A program made the position numbers and the translations under genes. A DNA stretch of 64,000 nucleotides from Eledone cirrhosa. Its lineage: Eukaryota. Below, piece by piece: positions 13,896 to 26,989 of this stretch. Under the pieces are notes generated by a model that was given only the letters and a program-made list of their open reading frames with translations, ran no database searches and had not been told where the DNA came from. Position 1 is the stretch's first letter; each line of letters starts with the position of its first letter. Where the stretch lies: positions 382,044,001-382,108,000 of the forward strand of contig OZ024740.1 in the NCBI GenBank assembly GCA_964016885.1. Direction: 5' to 3'.

Positions 13896-14042
13896 CGAAG
13901 GAAATGTGGTAAGGAACCAGGTGGACAATAACGCACCAAAGTAATCAATACTTAGGGTAGTAGAGTGGGTAATAGGAACGAGTAAGACCCCGACGGCTGA
14001 GCTCAAGCCGTTTCGACGGCTAATTCTGGACTAAAAGTTCCT
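13894..14042. repeat. Dispersed pLTR-like fragment, family D
   Basis: Homologous to 32492-32675 (same strand) and to 25405-25548 and 58597-58652 (opposite strand). All copies are next to (TA)n. Confidence 0.7.
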
Positions 14043-14141
14043 ATATATATATATATATATTGTCTAACCTGAATAGTCTTTTCGTTGTTTTTGGTATTGT
14101 GTTGCTAGGTTTACCTACCGCAATTATATATATATATATAT

Positions 14142-14460
14142 GTTTTGCGAGGTTTATGATATGAAATCGTGTGTCGAAACATATATTGTTATACTTGGGG
14201 AAAGTCATATTGTTGTAATAATATTGCCAGTAATAATAACAGAACACGCTCACTATTTGGTTGGGTTTCGCTTCTGTATCTTTTATATCTCCACAATTAA
14301 TTCATTCGGTCCTCAATGTTTAGCATTGACTGACCAACGGTCAAAAATACAGATAATGTATAGATATAAACACATATATATAGGATAAAATATTTCTTTC
14401 GTTGCACATCTGCAACATCGTCAGTGGTACTATTATGTTCCTCCTGTTGTATTGTATATC
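14142..14460 (-). mobile_element. Solo 3' pLTR of the Penelope-like family at 58.7-61.6 kb, with HHR
   Basis: Reverse complement of about 61305-61620. Minus strand has acca CTGACGAT gttgca-gatg-tgcaac GAAA gaaatatttt (14385-14428) with a perfect stem II. Confidence 0.8.
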
Positions 14461-14560
14461 TAGCGTAGATATACAAATATATATCAATAATATATTTGCA
14501 TACATATATATATATGCGCGCGCGTGTGTTTGTGGGGGGATGTATATATAAAAGTATATA

Positions 14561-15160
14561 AGTATAAATATTTTGTATCTCCAAAGAAATACGGTTTTAG
14601 GAAGCCGTAGCTATGCAAACGACCTCTTGTGATGCATTTCAGGCGTAACTGGCCTTCGGCAGGACGGTCCCTCCCACCGCTTGCGAGTGCTGGACTAGGA
14701 GACAGGCGAGAATATATACTTTTCTCGTCTGTGTAAATGAGGTGATTAATCTCATTTGCATATGAAGCTGTATAAGTTGGCTCAACTTATAATAAAAAGA
14801 AATAGGATTTCGCTTCAAGCATAGCTTTATACAATATGTATAAATATTTCGTATCTCCAAAGAAATACGGTTTTAGGAAGCCGTAGCTATGAAAACACCG
14901 GGGGGCTAACGCCCTCTGGTGATGTCCAGCAGAAGCAAGGGGGACAACCGTCTATGCATTTCAGGTTTAACTGACCTTCGTCAGGACGGTCCCTCCCACC
15001 GCTTGCTTCTGTTGAATATCACCAGAGGGCGTCAGCCCCCCCCCCTCCCCCGGTGTTTGCATAGCTACGGCTTCCTAAAATCGTATTTCTTTGGAGATAC
15101 GAAATATTTATACATATTGTATAAAGCTATGCTTGAAGAGAAATCATATTTCTTTTTTAA
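14561..15160. mobile_element. Non-autonomous HHR element, family E (322-bp HHR spacing; tandem plus inverted arm)
   Basis: GTATAAATATTT(T/C)GTATCTCCAAAGAAATACGG is repeated at 14562 and 14838. 15003-15160 is the reverse complement of about 14795-14938. Two minus-strand HHR motifs. Confidence 0.85.
14947..14990 (-). ncRNA. Intact minimal type I hammerhead ribozyme (family E)
   Basis: Minus strand reads accgtc CTGACGA aggt-cagttaa-acct GAAA tgca TA gacggt. Perfect 6-bp stem I, 4-bp stem II, palindromic ATGCAT stem III, AUA cleavage triplet. Confidence 0.88.
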
Positions 15161-15189
15161 AAGTATATATGTTTATAGTTGATAAATAA

Positions 15190-16180
15190 AATATAACAAA
15201 CACAGGGATGCGAACATACAAAGTCTTATTAGGTTCACGCTTGGAGGAAGTAGAAGGGTATGTAAGTTTTCGGACGGAAGTCCTTCGTCAGGAAATTTCG
15301 AATACGGAGAAAACAAGTAGGTAAAAGTAAGTTGAGTGTGAAAGTTAGGAAATGAAGATAAGAAACGAGTGATAGGAGAGGAGTGATATATTAGTGAGTT
15401 TACTATTCAGGATCCAGGGCCGAATTAGAGGGTCCAGACGTGTGAGTGCTAAATAGATGAAATTGGTAGGTGTGCATTATTGAACCAGTTTTGTGTGTGT
15501 GAACAAGTGGGTGTCTCGGTCTTAATTTGTTAGTGTGTGCACACTGCTGTTCGCGTGCACGTGTGTATGTCTTTTTTGTAGTGTTTCTATATATGTGAGT
15601 GTGTACGTATTAGTGGCTGTGTGTGTGTGTGGGGGGGGGGGGGTATTTTTAAGCGTGTGTCGGATGAGTGTGTATATATGTATTTTAACGTGTGTGTTTG
15701 GGACGTTGTATTATATGTAGAGAGATTATTTTGTATGCATGTGTTTGTATGTTTATGTATGGATATGTCTGCGTGTTTGTCTACTGTTTACATGTATATG
15801 AGTGTTTACGTTTGTGAATGTGTGTATATATATATGTGTGTGTGTGTAGTTTCACGTGTGTATAAGCTGAGTGTATGTATGTGTCTTTCCTCCTGTTTGC
15901 GGCTTTATGTATTGTTTGTAGTGAAATGATTTTGTGTGCATGTGTGTGAGTGTGAATGTGTGTTATTAAAAACACAGAGGCGGCTATATTATATAATATA
16001 CTTTTTTGTGGGGAAAAGATAATAGTCAATATTAAATACTAAGGAGGCCAGTTCTTTAAAAGGTGAATAGATACGTGTGGGCATCGCGTGAAGAAATTCG
16101 TCCTAGTGTTAAGCGGTCAATTGTTATTGTGGCCCAAAGGAACGCACGTCTCTGATATGGCGCTGATGAAATGTCATTAA
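15190..16180 (-). mobile_element. Old Penelope-like 3' remnant with degenerate HHR
   Basis: Minus-strand LNTRTNFFTRCPH (about 16075-16115) resembles the PLE ORF-terminal LNxRxExxxxCRH motif. A CA-rich tail follows, then CTGACGAA ggac-ttcc-gtcc GAAA at 15267-15291. Confidence 0.55.
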
Positions 16181-16196
16181 TAATTATATAAAACAC

Positions 16197-16392
16197 GAGC
16201 GGTGGATTGGCAGTATTGGTAGACCGTAGGACACCATGCTTTGCAGCAAAGAGTTACGGCCCTTTATGGTTTGAGTTCAAATCCCGCCGAGGTTAATTTT
16301 TCCTTTCATCCTTACGGGGTTGATAAAATAAAATACCTGTAATACACTGGGATAATTGCTGGCCTTGTGCCAAAGGTAGAAACAAAATAATT
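16197..16392 (+). mobile_element. SINE (octopus-type)
   Basis: B-box-like GAGTTCAAATCCC and conserved core CCTTTCATCCTTACGGGGTTGATAAAATAA. Homologous to 42241-42417 and 55449-55637. Confidence 0.8.
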
Positions 16393-16494
16393 ATATTAAA
16401 CACGTCCTACTGATTAGAGTTGCACTCCCCCTTGGCTATCTCTACCAAACTATTATTACAGTATATATATATACTGATAGCCTGTATATATATG

Positions 16495-16530
<36 letters not shown>

Positions 16531-16689
16531 CATATATATACAAGGTATAAGTATGAGAAATTAACTTTGCCTTTTATTTGTATATATATACATAGTAATG
16601 TTTGCTTACTTGTTTTGTTTGAAGTGAGCCTATATATATACATGCTTGTGACAAATAAAAGAAGATTCAATATACAATAGCGATAATTA

Positions 16690-18446
16690 CACCGTCTAAC
16701 AAAAAAGAATATTTTCTCTGTTCCTGGCTTATACTCACTTTTTTGTGTTGCTTAGGTCCCAAATAAATAAAAAAGTGCTATTAAACAGTTAAAAGTTTGT
16801 GTTTGTAAAAATTCTAAGCTATTCAGTACAATTACTTGTATGCTGGATTTTACGTTGTATGTAAGTTTAATTTGCTTATGTTAAATGATTATTTTAAATA
16901 TAAGTTTCAGGTTGAATTAGAATTATAAAACAAAGAGTAATACCTAAAGAAAATTATAAAAGTGCAATAAAATATAAAAAGTGGATTAATACTGGGGTAC
17001 CAGAAAAAGTTCCTCACTTCCCAAACCCAAAAGAAGTCAATGACTTGGTCAGGGATATGGGTCTGACCAAGTCCAATGCAGAGCTATTCCTCTCCAGGAT
17101 GAAGCAGTGGAACTTGGTCAAGGAGGAAGTGCAGGTGACAAGTCAGAGAAGTCGACACCAACCTTTCTCAGGCTTTTACACTCTTAGGGATGGCCTCTGC
17201 TTCTGCCATGACGTGCCTGGACTGTTAGACGTTATTGGAGTGCCGTTTGGGCCCAGGGAGTGGCGGATATTTATAGACAGCTCCACCACAAGTTTGAAGG
17301 CTTTCCTCCTCCACAATGGAAACAAGTTCCCGACACTGCCCCTAGCTCATTCAGTCTGCCTGAAGGAAGATTGGTACAGTGTGAAAGTCCTCTTGGAAGG
17401 TCTGCAATACAACCAGAACAATTGGGAAATCATTGGAGACTTCAAGATGGTGGTTTTTCTGCTTGGACTCCAAGGAGGCTTTAACAAATTCCAATGCTTC
17501 CTCTGCCTTTGGAACAGCAGAGCCACCTCTGACCACTACAAAAGAAAGAATTGGGGGCAGCGAACAGAATTTGTAGTTGGGACCCGGAACGTCATGTGGG
17601 AGCCACTGGTTGATCCCAGGATTGTGCTCATGCCGCTACTGAACATTAAGTTGGGGTTGATGAAGCAGTTTGTGAAGGCTCTCAACCAAGAATCAGCCGC
17701 TTTTAAGTACCTTCTTGAGTTCTTCCCCAAGTTATCTGAGGCCAAACTCAAAGGTAGAATTGTTGATGGACCTCAGATAAAGAAGGTGTTTGAGTCTACC
17801 GAGTTCTCCAATAAGCTCAATAGGATTGAGAGAACAGCATGGAACTGTTTCAAGGCAGTTGTTAAGCGCTTCCTGGGCAACTACAGAGCTGAAAACTACC
17901 AGCAACTGGTGCAGGATCTGATAAAGGCTTTTGGCGCCATGGGATGCATTATGTCGCTTAAGCTCCATATGCTGGACGCTTACCTGGAAAATTTAAGGGC
18001 TACCCAGAAGAACAAAGCGAATGATTCCACCAATATGTGAAAGAGAAAGAGCGGAGGTACCAGGTCCACTACAATGAAAAATGGTGGGGGACTATATATG
18101 GCGGTTAGTGCGGGAATACGACCAGGACTACAACCGCAAATCCAGGAGATCCAGTCATTTCTGACGCATATAAGTTGCTTTATAAGTGTTATTTGTTTTT
18201 ACTTGTTTGCTTTTGATAAGCTTGTGTAATAAAATAAATATATATTCTGTTGATTTAATTATATGAACTGCTAAATTTAAAATAAAATGTGTTTTTTCTT
18301 GAAAAATATGAAAATTTTGAAATATCAAACTCCTGACCACAAACCCAAACTTCTGATTAAATAATAGTGTGTATTTTTAATAATGGGATATATCAAACCA
18401 AGAAATGACACTTAGAACCGGGGAACAACAAATATTTTACACGGTC
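16690..18446 (+). mobile_element. Chapaev3-like (CMC superfamily) DNA transposon, 5'-deleted transposase
   Basis: Termini CACCGT...TGTTCCTGG / CCGGGGAACA...ACGGTC with a TTA target duplication on both sides (16687-16689 and 18447-18449). Confidence 0.75.
17045..18160 (+). pseudogene. Chapaev3-like transposase, frameshifted
   Basis: Motifs WRIFIDSS, HNGNKFPTLP, IGDFKMV..LLGLQGG..CFLCLW, LNIKLGLMKQFVKAL and MSLKLHML. The C-terminal EEQSE*FHQ..ERRYQ...DYIWRL continues in a shifted frame. Confidence 0.8.
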
Positions 18447-20037
18447 TTATCATCTCTCTTGAAAACTGAAAATGTCAGATATGAGAGAAAGAGAGATCGG
18501 AAACGAATACATATGTGGCTGTGATGTTGGGGTTATATCATACCAGTCAGATGAGTGGCCTACGTTTCAATGTAGCAGCAGCATGAGCTCAAGTGTTTGA
18601 GTTCTACGGCATTCTTTATTATTTAGAATAGACGTCAGTATAAGCTACGTAATAGATGCTCATACGTTTATCAGAACATCTCAGATGAATCTGTGTGTCT
18701 ATGATACGGGTAATGATATTTCTTTATAAACATGCAGCTATGGATATTCGACACTATCATTGGACTAACTGATAAGCTATGAGCCAGATCATACATAATT
18801 TTAACTAAAATATTATGGAAATAAATGGCACATTGAATAATGAAATGGATATAATATACAGTATGAAAAGGGGGGATTGATCACGGTTGATAATAGATCT
18901 GCAAGTCCTGAGAATAACCAGCACGGCCAACAATATGCTTTAGAAATAAAGCTATGAAAAAGCTCCATTATGATTTTACTGTTCAAACAGGGAAGGAATG
19001 TGTATCTACAAGAATACTGACACGGAGGAGTAAAATATATCCAGAAACTGAAGAACTATCTCGAAATTTGCGACACAGTAGTCTTCGCTAAAGTCAACCA
19101 TTGGTTTGATAGTTGTAGGTTTAAATTCAGATCGTAATGGGTCGGAATAAACAGGTCATACACACAAGCAATTATATCTATCTTGAAAGAGTATATAAAA
19201 AAAGATAAGTGTAAAATCAAAATTGATATTGTATGAATTTAGTTCGAAGTGTGTTGGAACAAATACTGCAACAGATTTTGTATGCTCTAACTTTCCTATC
19301 TATTGATTTTAGAGTTGTTAGACAAATTTGCGTTCCTGGTGATTAGTTTGCAACTCATTGACTTTTAGGTCCATTACTTCTGCTGCCACAAACATATTGT
19401 ATGAATATATATCAATTGTAAGAATTACACACGACAATCGTGTTGATGTCTTGATAACTAGATAGAAATACAAGGACAGTTTACTGTTTGTTTTGATTCT
19501 TGTAAGGTTTTAATATGCCAAACTGAATACACACACACACACACACATATCTGGTAGACACGCGGTGACTAACAACAGAATGTTTTAAGTCTGCGTGTCT
19601 GACATGACATACATGCATAGCTTGTGAATAAAAAATTCAAGGGTTACCGCTGGCCGTGGTAATGCCTCCCAAACATCTTTTGTAATGTATCGTCTTATTG
19701 GCTAATCAACCTACGAGTGTAATTGTTGCTCAAAATCATCCGCCACTTTTATTCCACGTTTATTTATCGTTTCGCTTTCGAATCTTCCTCTAGTATTTCG
19801 TCTTTTATCATCAAAATAGTTTTCTCGTTTTCGTAAGTTAATTTATATATGAATTTTTAAATTCATATTAACTATTAAAAGTCTGAACATATTTTTATAC
19901 ATCTTACAATAATATTTATAAGACCATTTATAAAATAACAATTATATAATCTAATTATATTACAACGATAATTTATTATTAATATATATATAATGTTTAA
20001 CTAGAGTTATTACAAGCGTTGCCTTAAAAAATATTAA

Positions 20038-20483
20038 ACTAGACCTAAAAAATGCGCAAGCTCAAAAGAGCCACAGAATGTTATAATACACCTTCAAAAG
20101 TGTGGGACTAGAGTTGTTGCTCAAAAATATTGTAATCATTATCTATCGTACACTCTGTGGCATCCTTTATAAAAAGGAGACTCATGACGAACTCAAGGCG
20201 ACACGATAATTATTTAAGTGAATTGATAATATAGAATTCGGCTTAAGTGCATTTCGTATTAAATCATTACTAAACATCTAATATGAGATATTGAACATTA
20301 GCTTAAATAATTATCGTGTCGTCTTGAGTTCGTTATGAGTCTCTTTTTTATAAAAGGATGCCACGGAGTGTACGATAGATAATGATTACAATATTTTTGA
20401 GCAACAACTCTAGTCCCACACTTTTGAAGGTTTATTATAACATTCTGTGGCTCTTTTGAGCTTGCGCATTTTTCAGGTCTAGT
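20038..20483. repeat. Fold-back inverted repeat (about 180-bp arms, about 83-bp spacer)
   Basis: 20038-20218 is the near-perfect reverse complement of 20302-20483. Ends read ACTAG...CTAGT, and the right end abuts (TA)n. Confidence 0.9.
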
Positions 20484-20509
20484 ATATATATATATAATAT
20501 ATATATATA

Positions 20510-22447
20510 AACGTTTGTATATGTATAATAAAGCCAAAACAATGCAGGTATGGACATAGAATAAAGAATGCAAATGCAAAAGATATTGTTGAGAATTAGT
20601 CTTTTAACTTAGATTTATTTAAATGTCCTTAATTTTCGAGATAATATCTCTTCTTCGGAGGGAAGTAAAGCGGTAAAACCAGTGTTCTAAATAGCTTGCC
20701 AAGTCATGCTGACAGGAAATGGTATAGAGTATCTGTTCTATATATAATGTCAAAGAGTTAAGGTTAGGTGAATAAAGAGTAGTCTCCCTTTAAAAGGTTT
20801 TTTTTTTGTACATGCTTGTTTAGGTGTGTGGGAGAGTGCATGAAGGTGTAAGTATGTGAGTGTGTGTGTGTTAGAGAGTGAGAAGATATGTCTATACGTA
20901 AATGTGGGGGATAGATGTTATCTCGTGTTAGAACTGGTCTTTGTGTGCGTATGTGTGTGTGTGAGAGAGAATGAGTGGAGGTGTAAGCGTGTGTGTGTGT
21001 GTGCGTGTGTGGTTGTGTGTGTGCGTGTGGGGGGTGGGTGTAAATATGGGGCTAGAAGCTCTATCAAGTTATAAATTGGGAGTTGAGTTCTAGTCTATTA
21101 TTGATTGGTGGTTGTGTTTTGTCTATAATTAGTGCTTCCTTAATTCTAAGATTGCCGAGCTTTCTTTCCTTAGTTTCTATCCTAACTGTTATGGTTTTGT
21201 CGGTGTTTTTGCATTTAACTAGGTGTTTCTTAAATGAGGAAGCGTTAGTATTGAGGTGTTCTTTTATTCTTATGTAGAGTGATATGGTGGTACTACCAAC
21301 GTAGAAGTTGCTGCATTTGTCACACTCTAGTCTGTACACGACCTAAGCCTGTTGGCATAGGTCTGTGTCGTTGATGGGGCAGTTGGCTAGCCTGCACCAG
21401 TTGTCATGTCTGCTGGAGTGTCTTTTGGTTAGCTGTCCGCGTAGAGTAGGACCTGAGTGGGCCAGTTGGATATCTAGTCCTTCTCGTCTGATAGCTCTGC
21501 GGATGGCTGTTGTTGTTTCGTCACTGAAGTGTGGGAGCTTCAGGAAGCAAGTGTTAGTGCCTCGGGTGTGGTGTCCTCTGTTCTTTCTGGCACGGTTTGT
21601 GGTGGATGTCGTGTATCCGTTCAGTTTGAGTACTTCCAGGAAATGTGTGGTGTGTGTGTATCGGTCTCTAGCGTCGGTGCATTTGTTCCGGATACGTGCC
21701 AGTTCGTTCCTTATGTATCCGAACTTAGCGCCGGCTGGGAGGGCCGATCTGAAATGTACGAACAGGTCCCTGCTGGCGGCTTTTTTATAGAAGCAGGTGT
21801 GGATGTTGCCTTCCTCTGTTACTCTGAGTTGGAAGTCCAGTAGGGATAGGGATCCGCGGTCATCGGGGTGTTCCATGCTGAACTTTATACTGGCGTCCAT
21901 GCTGGAGATTGTTGTGTATATTTTATCCGCCTCCTCACGGGATGATGTAAGGATGAGTATGTCATCTACATATCGGGTGAAAAAGGTATGGAAATGGCAG
22001 GTGTTGAGTGCTCGGCATCCTAGCTGGTTCATATAGGTGATGTCCAGCAGGCCCTATAGGCTGGATCCCATGGGTAATCGTGTTGTCTGTCTGTATGTGT
22101 GGTGGTGGAAGGTGAAGTACAGGCTGTCTACTGTGAAGGACAAAAGCTGGTGTATGTCCGTCGGATGGAGGCCGTAGCAGTGGATGTCCTCTGCGACCAC
22201 GCAGTCCGTCAATAAATCGACAGCTGGATGAGCCGTGACTGTAGTGTAGAGTGAGACAACGTCGAGGCTAAAGGCGTATCTATTTAGTTTAAGTTGTTCT
22301 GGCTGGAGTTGGTGTAGTCTACGTATTACTTCGTCGGAGCTACTGACATGCCCGGGAAAGGTGGAGAGTAGTGGCTTGAGGGCCTGGGAGAGAAGCCAGG
22401 AAATTTTGTATAGCGGTCCTTCTATGCTAGAGACGATGGGTCTTATT
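20510..22447 (-). mobile_element. 5'-truncated Penelope-like element (RT plus GIY-YIG) with pLTR
   Basis: RT and endonuclease motifs, CA-rich 3' region, HHR-like CCGAAGAA gagat-att-atctc GAAA (20634-20658) and AATAAA on the minus strand. Flanked by (TA)n. Confidence 0.9.
21064..22446 (-). pseudogene. Penelope-like RT / GIY-YIG endonuclease ORF, disrupted
   Basis: [45 protein letters not shown], a CRLANCPI...C linker, VVYRLECDKCSNFYVGST..RIKEH and KEALII. Contains stops and a frameshift. Confidence 0.9.
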
Positions 22448-22599
22448 TGCGTCTTAGTACTATTCTTGTGGGTCTATATATATATATATATATATATATA
22501 ATTATATATGTATATATTTATATACTTAGTATATATATATATATATATTTATATACTAACATATTTATAGTTATATCAAACATATATAAATATTCTTAT

Positions 22600-22840
<241 letters not shown>

Positions 22841-22929
22841 AGAAACTATAACAAAATCAATTATTTATCTCTGTCCCTGATTCCCCATATACCCTGGATG
22901 TATCTGTGCTGGAATGAGGTGTTCATAAT

Positions 22930-24240
22930 AGAGATTCCAGTGCTGGAACAGAAGTCTAATGGGGCTTTACCATTCGTATTTAGATCTGGGTCACCGTTCA
23001 TTCTAATCACTCCTTTCCATGTCAGGTGGTCAGGGCCAACCGGTGCATTGAAGTCTCCTTCGGGATATATAACACTGCAGTTACTTCATCAAGGAAGGAT
23101 CTGTATTCGCACTCTTTGTATAGTGCATAAACTTGCACCACCCACAGAGTCCAATCTTTCAGCCTAAGCTTCGAAAGGTAAATCCAAATTTCAATGTTTG
23201 CTTCCTTTCAAAATATCTTTGGGGTCTCGGAATTCGCAATCAGGGGACGTTGAAACGGAGTGGATATTGTTCAGTTCAGCGGTTTCTGATTCAGCTATTA
23301 AATACTGCGGGCAACAGAGGCTTGGTGTGGTCAATGATTGCATCTGAGCAAAGAAGAAGACCTACAAAATTTGCGGTTGCGGTTCAAGCAGACACGAATA
23401 ATCGCTGTCCAATGTTAAGACAAGGTAATAAACTTGAAGCCGACTTCAGATCACCAAATAAGGTGTTTTGGCAGACCATCTACACCTGATATCAAGAACA
23501 CGCCTGGGGTGATACATCTCTTCAGAAAGGTGTGTGTAAAGCCTATGGTAAATGTCTAGCAATGAGATGCGGGGAGATTGTTGAGTAAAAGCTAGCTGAT
23601 GAACAATGCGGTGTTTGCACTGGACGCAGCAAAGACGACCAAATATTCACACTGCGGCAGGTCTTCAGGAGAACGTGGGAGTATTGCCAGGAGGTATATT
23701 CTAATTTATAGACCTTCAAAAAGCTTATGTCTATGTTCGCCGGGAACTACTGTGGACGTGTCTGTAGGAGTAAGGGATCGATGGTCAGCTTCTTGCAGCC
23801 CATATATCTCTATAAGTATGCTCAAGTATTTTGTTCGGATAAACGGTGCTAAATCGAAACCTTTCAAAGAGAGAGTTGGATTATACCAAGGGTGCAATCT
23901 CTCACCTCTTCAGATCATCATTTTCAAGAAAAGGATTGATATGCGCAGCCGGATTAGAAGTGGTATTACGACTGTTGCGTGTAAAGTCAGTCGTCTGGAA
24001 TTTGTAGACGAAATAGTGTTAATCAACTCGACAGAAGGTGATCTCCGGCTTGCACTTTGGTGCCGAGTGCTGCATGGCTGGAAGGTGATTTTGTGGACTC
24101 GAACGAGTATTTCAGGAATGAGTGGCCGAAGCAATATATATATATATACGTGTGTTTGCAGCACTTCAAAAGACGAAAAATTGGTTTCCACCGCTGGACC
24201 AACTGATATTTCGCTTCTGTTGCATGAGCTAGCCTCATTT
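22930..24240 (+). mobile_element. Highly decayed RTE-like LINE fragment
   Basis: RT motifs VRINGAKSKPF..VGLYQGCNLSP and KVSRLEFVDEIVL...EGDLRLAL (degenerate QGC.LSP / LLFADD) in ORF 23599-24291. The upstream boundary is approximate. Confidence 0.7.
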
Positions 24241-24287
24241 ACATGGTTCTCTTTTTCCCTCCCATATGTATATATGTCTATATATAT

Positions 24288-25393
24288 GTAAATATGATAA
24301 TAATGGAGCTGCGGCGCTGCAAATGGGTTACATATAAAAAAGTTTGTCCTCATCAGTGGTCTTCCAACCGTCGTAGGCATTTCGTCGCATTAAAGGCCAT
24401 ATACCTCAGGTTGGTGCGAGCAACGGCTAAAAAAAGTCGTTGGGACACGTAAATAAAGGGGACGCTAGGGTAAACAAACAAAATGGTTTAAGCAACAGAA
24501 TGTGATGAAGAAGAAAGAAACAAGTCCCAGATTTCTATGAATATAAATTCGGTGGAATCGTGAACGAGAGAATAAAGACCATCAAACCTGGTTGAAATGT
24601 GAGCAAGGAAGGAATTTCGCACAGGTCTAACGGGAGGAAGAAGGGATCTGGTCTGTGAATTTGGTAAACATAAGTTCTGTGAAGTCGCAGACGAGAGGGA
24701 GAGAAAAAAAAATTCATACCGGCTTGGTCAAGTGCCCGCGAGAAAAGGATTACGGACAGGTCAAACGAGAAGAAAGGGGAGGAGGAGAGGTAGTGACAGA
24801 GATTGAGTGAGTGAAAGGTGAGGAAGAGGCTAACAGAGAGAGAGAGAGACTGCTAGAAAGGGAAAAGACACAAAGAACGAAACAGACTGGTGGCAGCGGA
24901 GGAAAAAATATATGTGTAAATATGGTAATAATGGAGCTGCGGTGCTGCAAATGGGTTACATATGAAAAAGTTTGTCCTCATCAGTGGCCTTCCAACCGTC
25001 GTAGGCATTTCGTCGCATTAAAGGCCATATACCTCAGGTTGGTGCGAGCAACGGCTAAAAAAAGTCGTTGGGACACGTAAATAAAGGGGACGCTAGGGTA
25101 AACAAACAAAATGGTTTAAGCAACAGAATGTGATGAAGAAGAAAGAAACAAGTCCCAGATTTCTATGAATATAAATTCGGTGGAGTCGTGAACGAGAGAA
25201 TAAAGACCATCAAACCTGGTTGAAATGTGAGCAAGGAAGGAATTTCGCACAGGTCTAACGGGAGGAAGAAGGGGTCTGGTCTGCGAATTTGGTAAACATA
25301 AGTTCTGTGAAGTCGCAGACGAGAGAGAAATAAAATTCATACCGGCTTGGCCAAGTGCCCGCAAGAAAAGGATTACGGACAGGTCAAACGGGA
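24288..25393. mobile_element. Partial-tandem non-coding element, family F (628-bp period, about 1.75 copies)
   Basis: Near-identical units start at 24288 and 24916 with TA-rich flanks. Homologue at 31281-32205. Confidence 0.88.
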
Positions 25394-25564
25394 ATATATA
25401 TATATTTTCGACAGCTATTTCAGAAATAGCTGCCAGAACGAGCGGAGCTCAGCCGTCGAGGTTCTGACTCTTCTCCTACTACCCACTCTACTACCCTAAG
25501 TATTGAGTACTCTGGTGCGTCCACATGGTATCCTACGATACCCACTTTCTTATATATATATATA

Positions 25565-25654
<90 letters not shown>

Positions 25655-26749
25655 ATATATATATTTATTTAAATAACAGATTAAAGTTAAGCAAAGAATC
25701 ACCGTTAACGGGATCTTCTGAAACATATATAAGTGCGCGAGCTGCCGAGGTGTACAATACTGAGTGCGTAACCAAGTCTGCACCAACTTGTACATATGTA
25801 TCTAATGTGTAGACATGTGATGGTGCACAAAAATACGAACTTTCCTATGAATTAAAAAAAATGATAAGCAACTTTAATCGAATTTTGGATATTATTCGAT
25901 CCTTATCATAAGACGTGTATATCATCCAATCAACCACAATACATATATTCACTAAACTTGGACAACTTGAGAGATTCTGAGTCAAGAGTTATGCAGCTAA
26001 ATAATAGAAATTAATTAAAGTGTCTACCGAATGAAAAGGTGGACTAGTAAAGCCTCTTTAATGTTACACATATCAATACATTTTTGTTAGGAAAAAAGAA
26101 CAAAGGAAATATAATCGAATTAAATTGTGTAAGCAAAATGTAATATTTTTTAATAATTTCATAGGTTAGCACGAAATGGATTTAAAAAAATATGCAATCG
26201 TTGAAATATGAAATTAGAAATTGTATATTGAAGAGGAAAAAGTGATGGGAATATTGAAAAAATAGACTTGCATATTTGGTTAAGTGTAATTTATAAGTAT
26301 ATTTTGTGAAAAGAGAAACGAGAAGCGAAACGATATCCAAACAGGGATGGATGCATAAAAACTTAACAATATAGAGCCAAAAACAGAATATATATGGAAT
26401 TATGAATTCTATAAATAAATAATATTTGTATAAAAAAATTATACTGATGTGTATTATATGAATACATGCATAAACACATATCCACAGTCATGCAAGCAAG
26501 AACACAGAGATATACAAGCAAAGAATATATGTAAATGTAAAAAACAGTAAAGTTATTTCTTTTATAACAAAATATATTAGAGAAAAATTTTATAAAAAGT
26601 GATACATTTATATTTAAATTATACGTTAACAAAGAGGTAATAAGTAGCCTCTAAAAATGTAGAATTTCAAATTTAAGCTCTCTGTCTTACACACATATAG
26701 ACACTCACATAAAAACACACAGAGACACACACCATACATACATCTACAG

Positions 26750-26790
<41 letters not shown>

Positions 26791-26867
26791 GCCTATACAC
26801 ACTTTGAATAGAATGCTGCTGAAGTATGTATACATTTTTGGGGGACATGCTGTATATATATATATAT

Positions 26868-26899
<32 letters not shown>

Positions 26900-26989
26900 A
26901 TATATATTATATATATATATATATGTGTGTGTGTGTGAGAGAGTGCGTGTGTGTGTGTATGTGTGTGTGTGTGCGTGTGTGTGTAGTTA

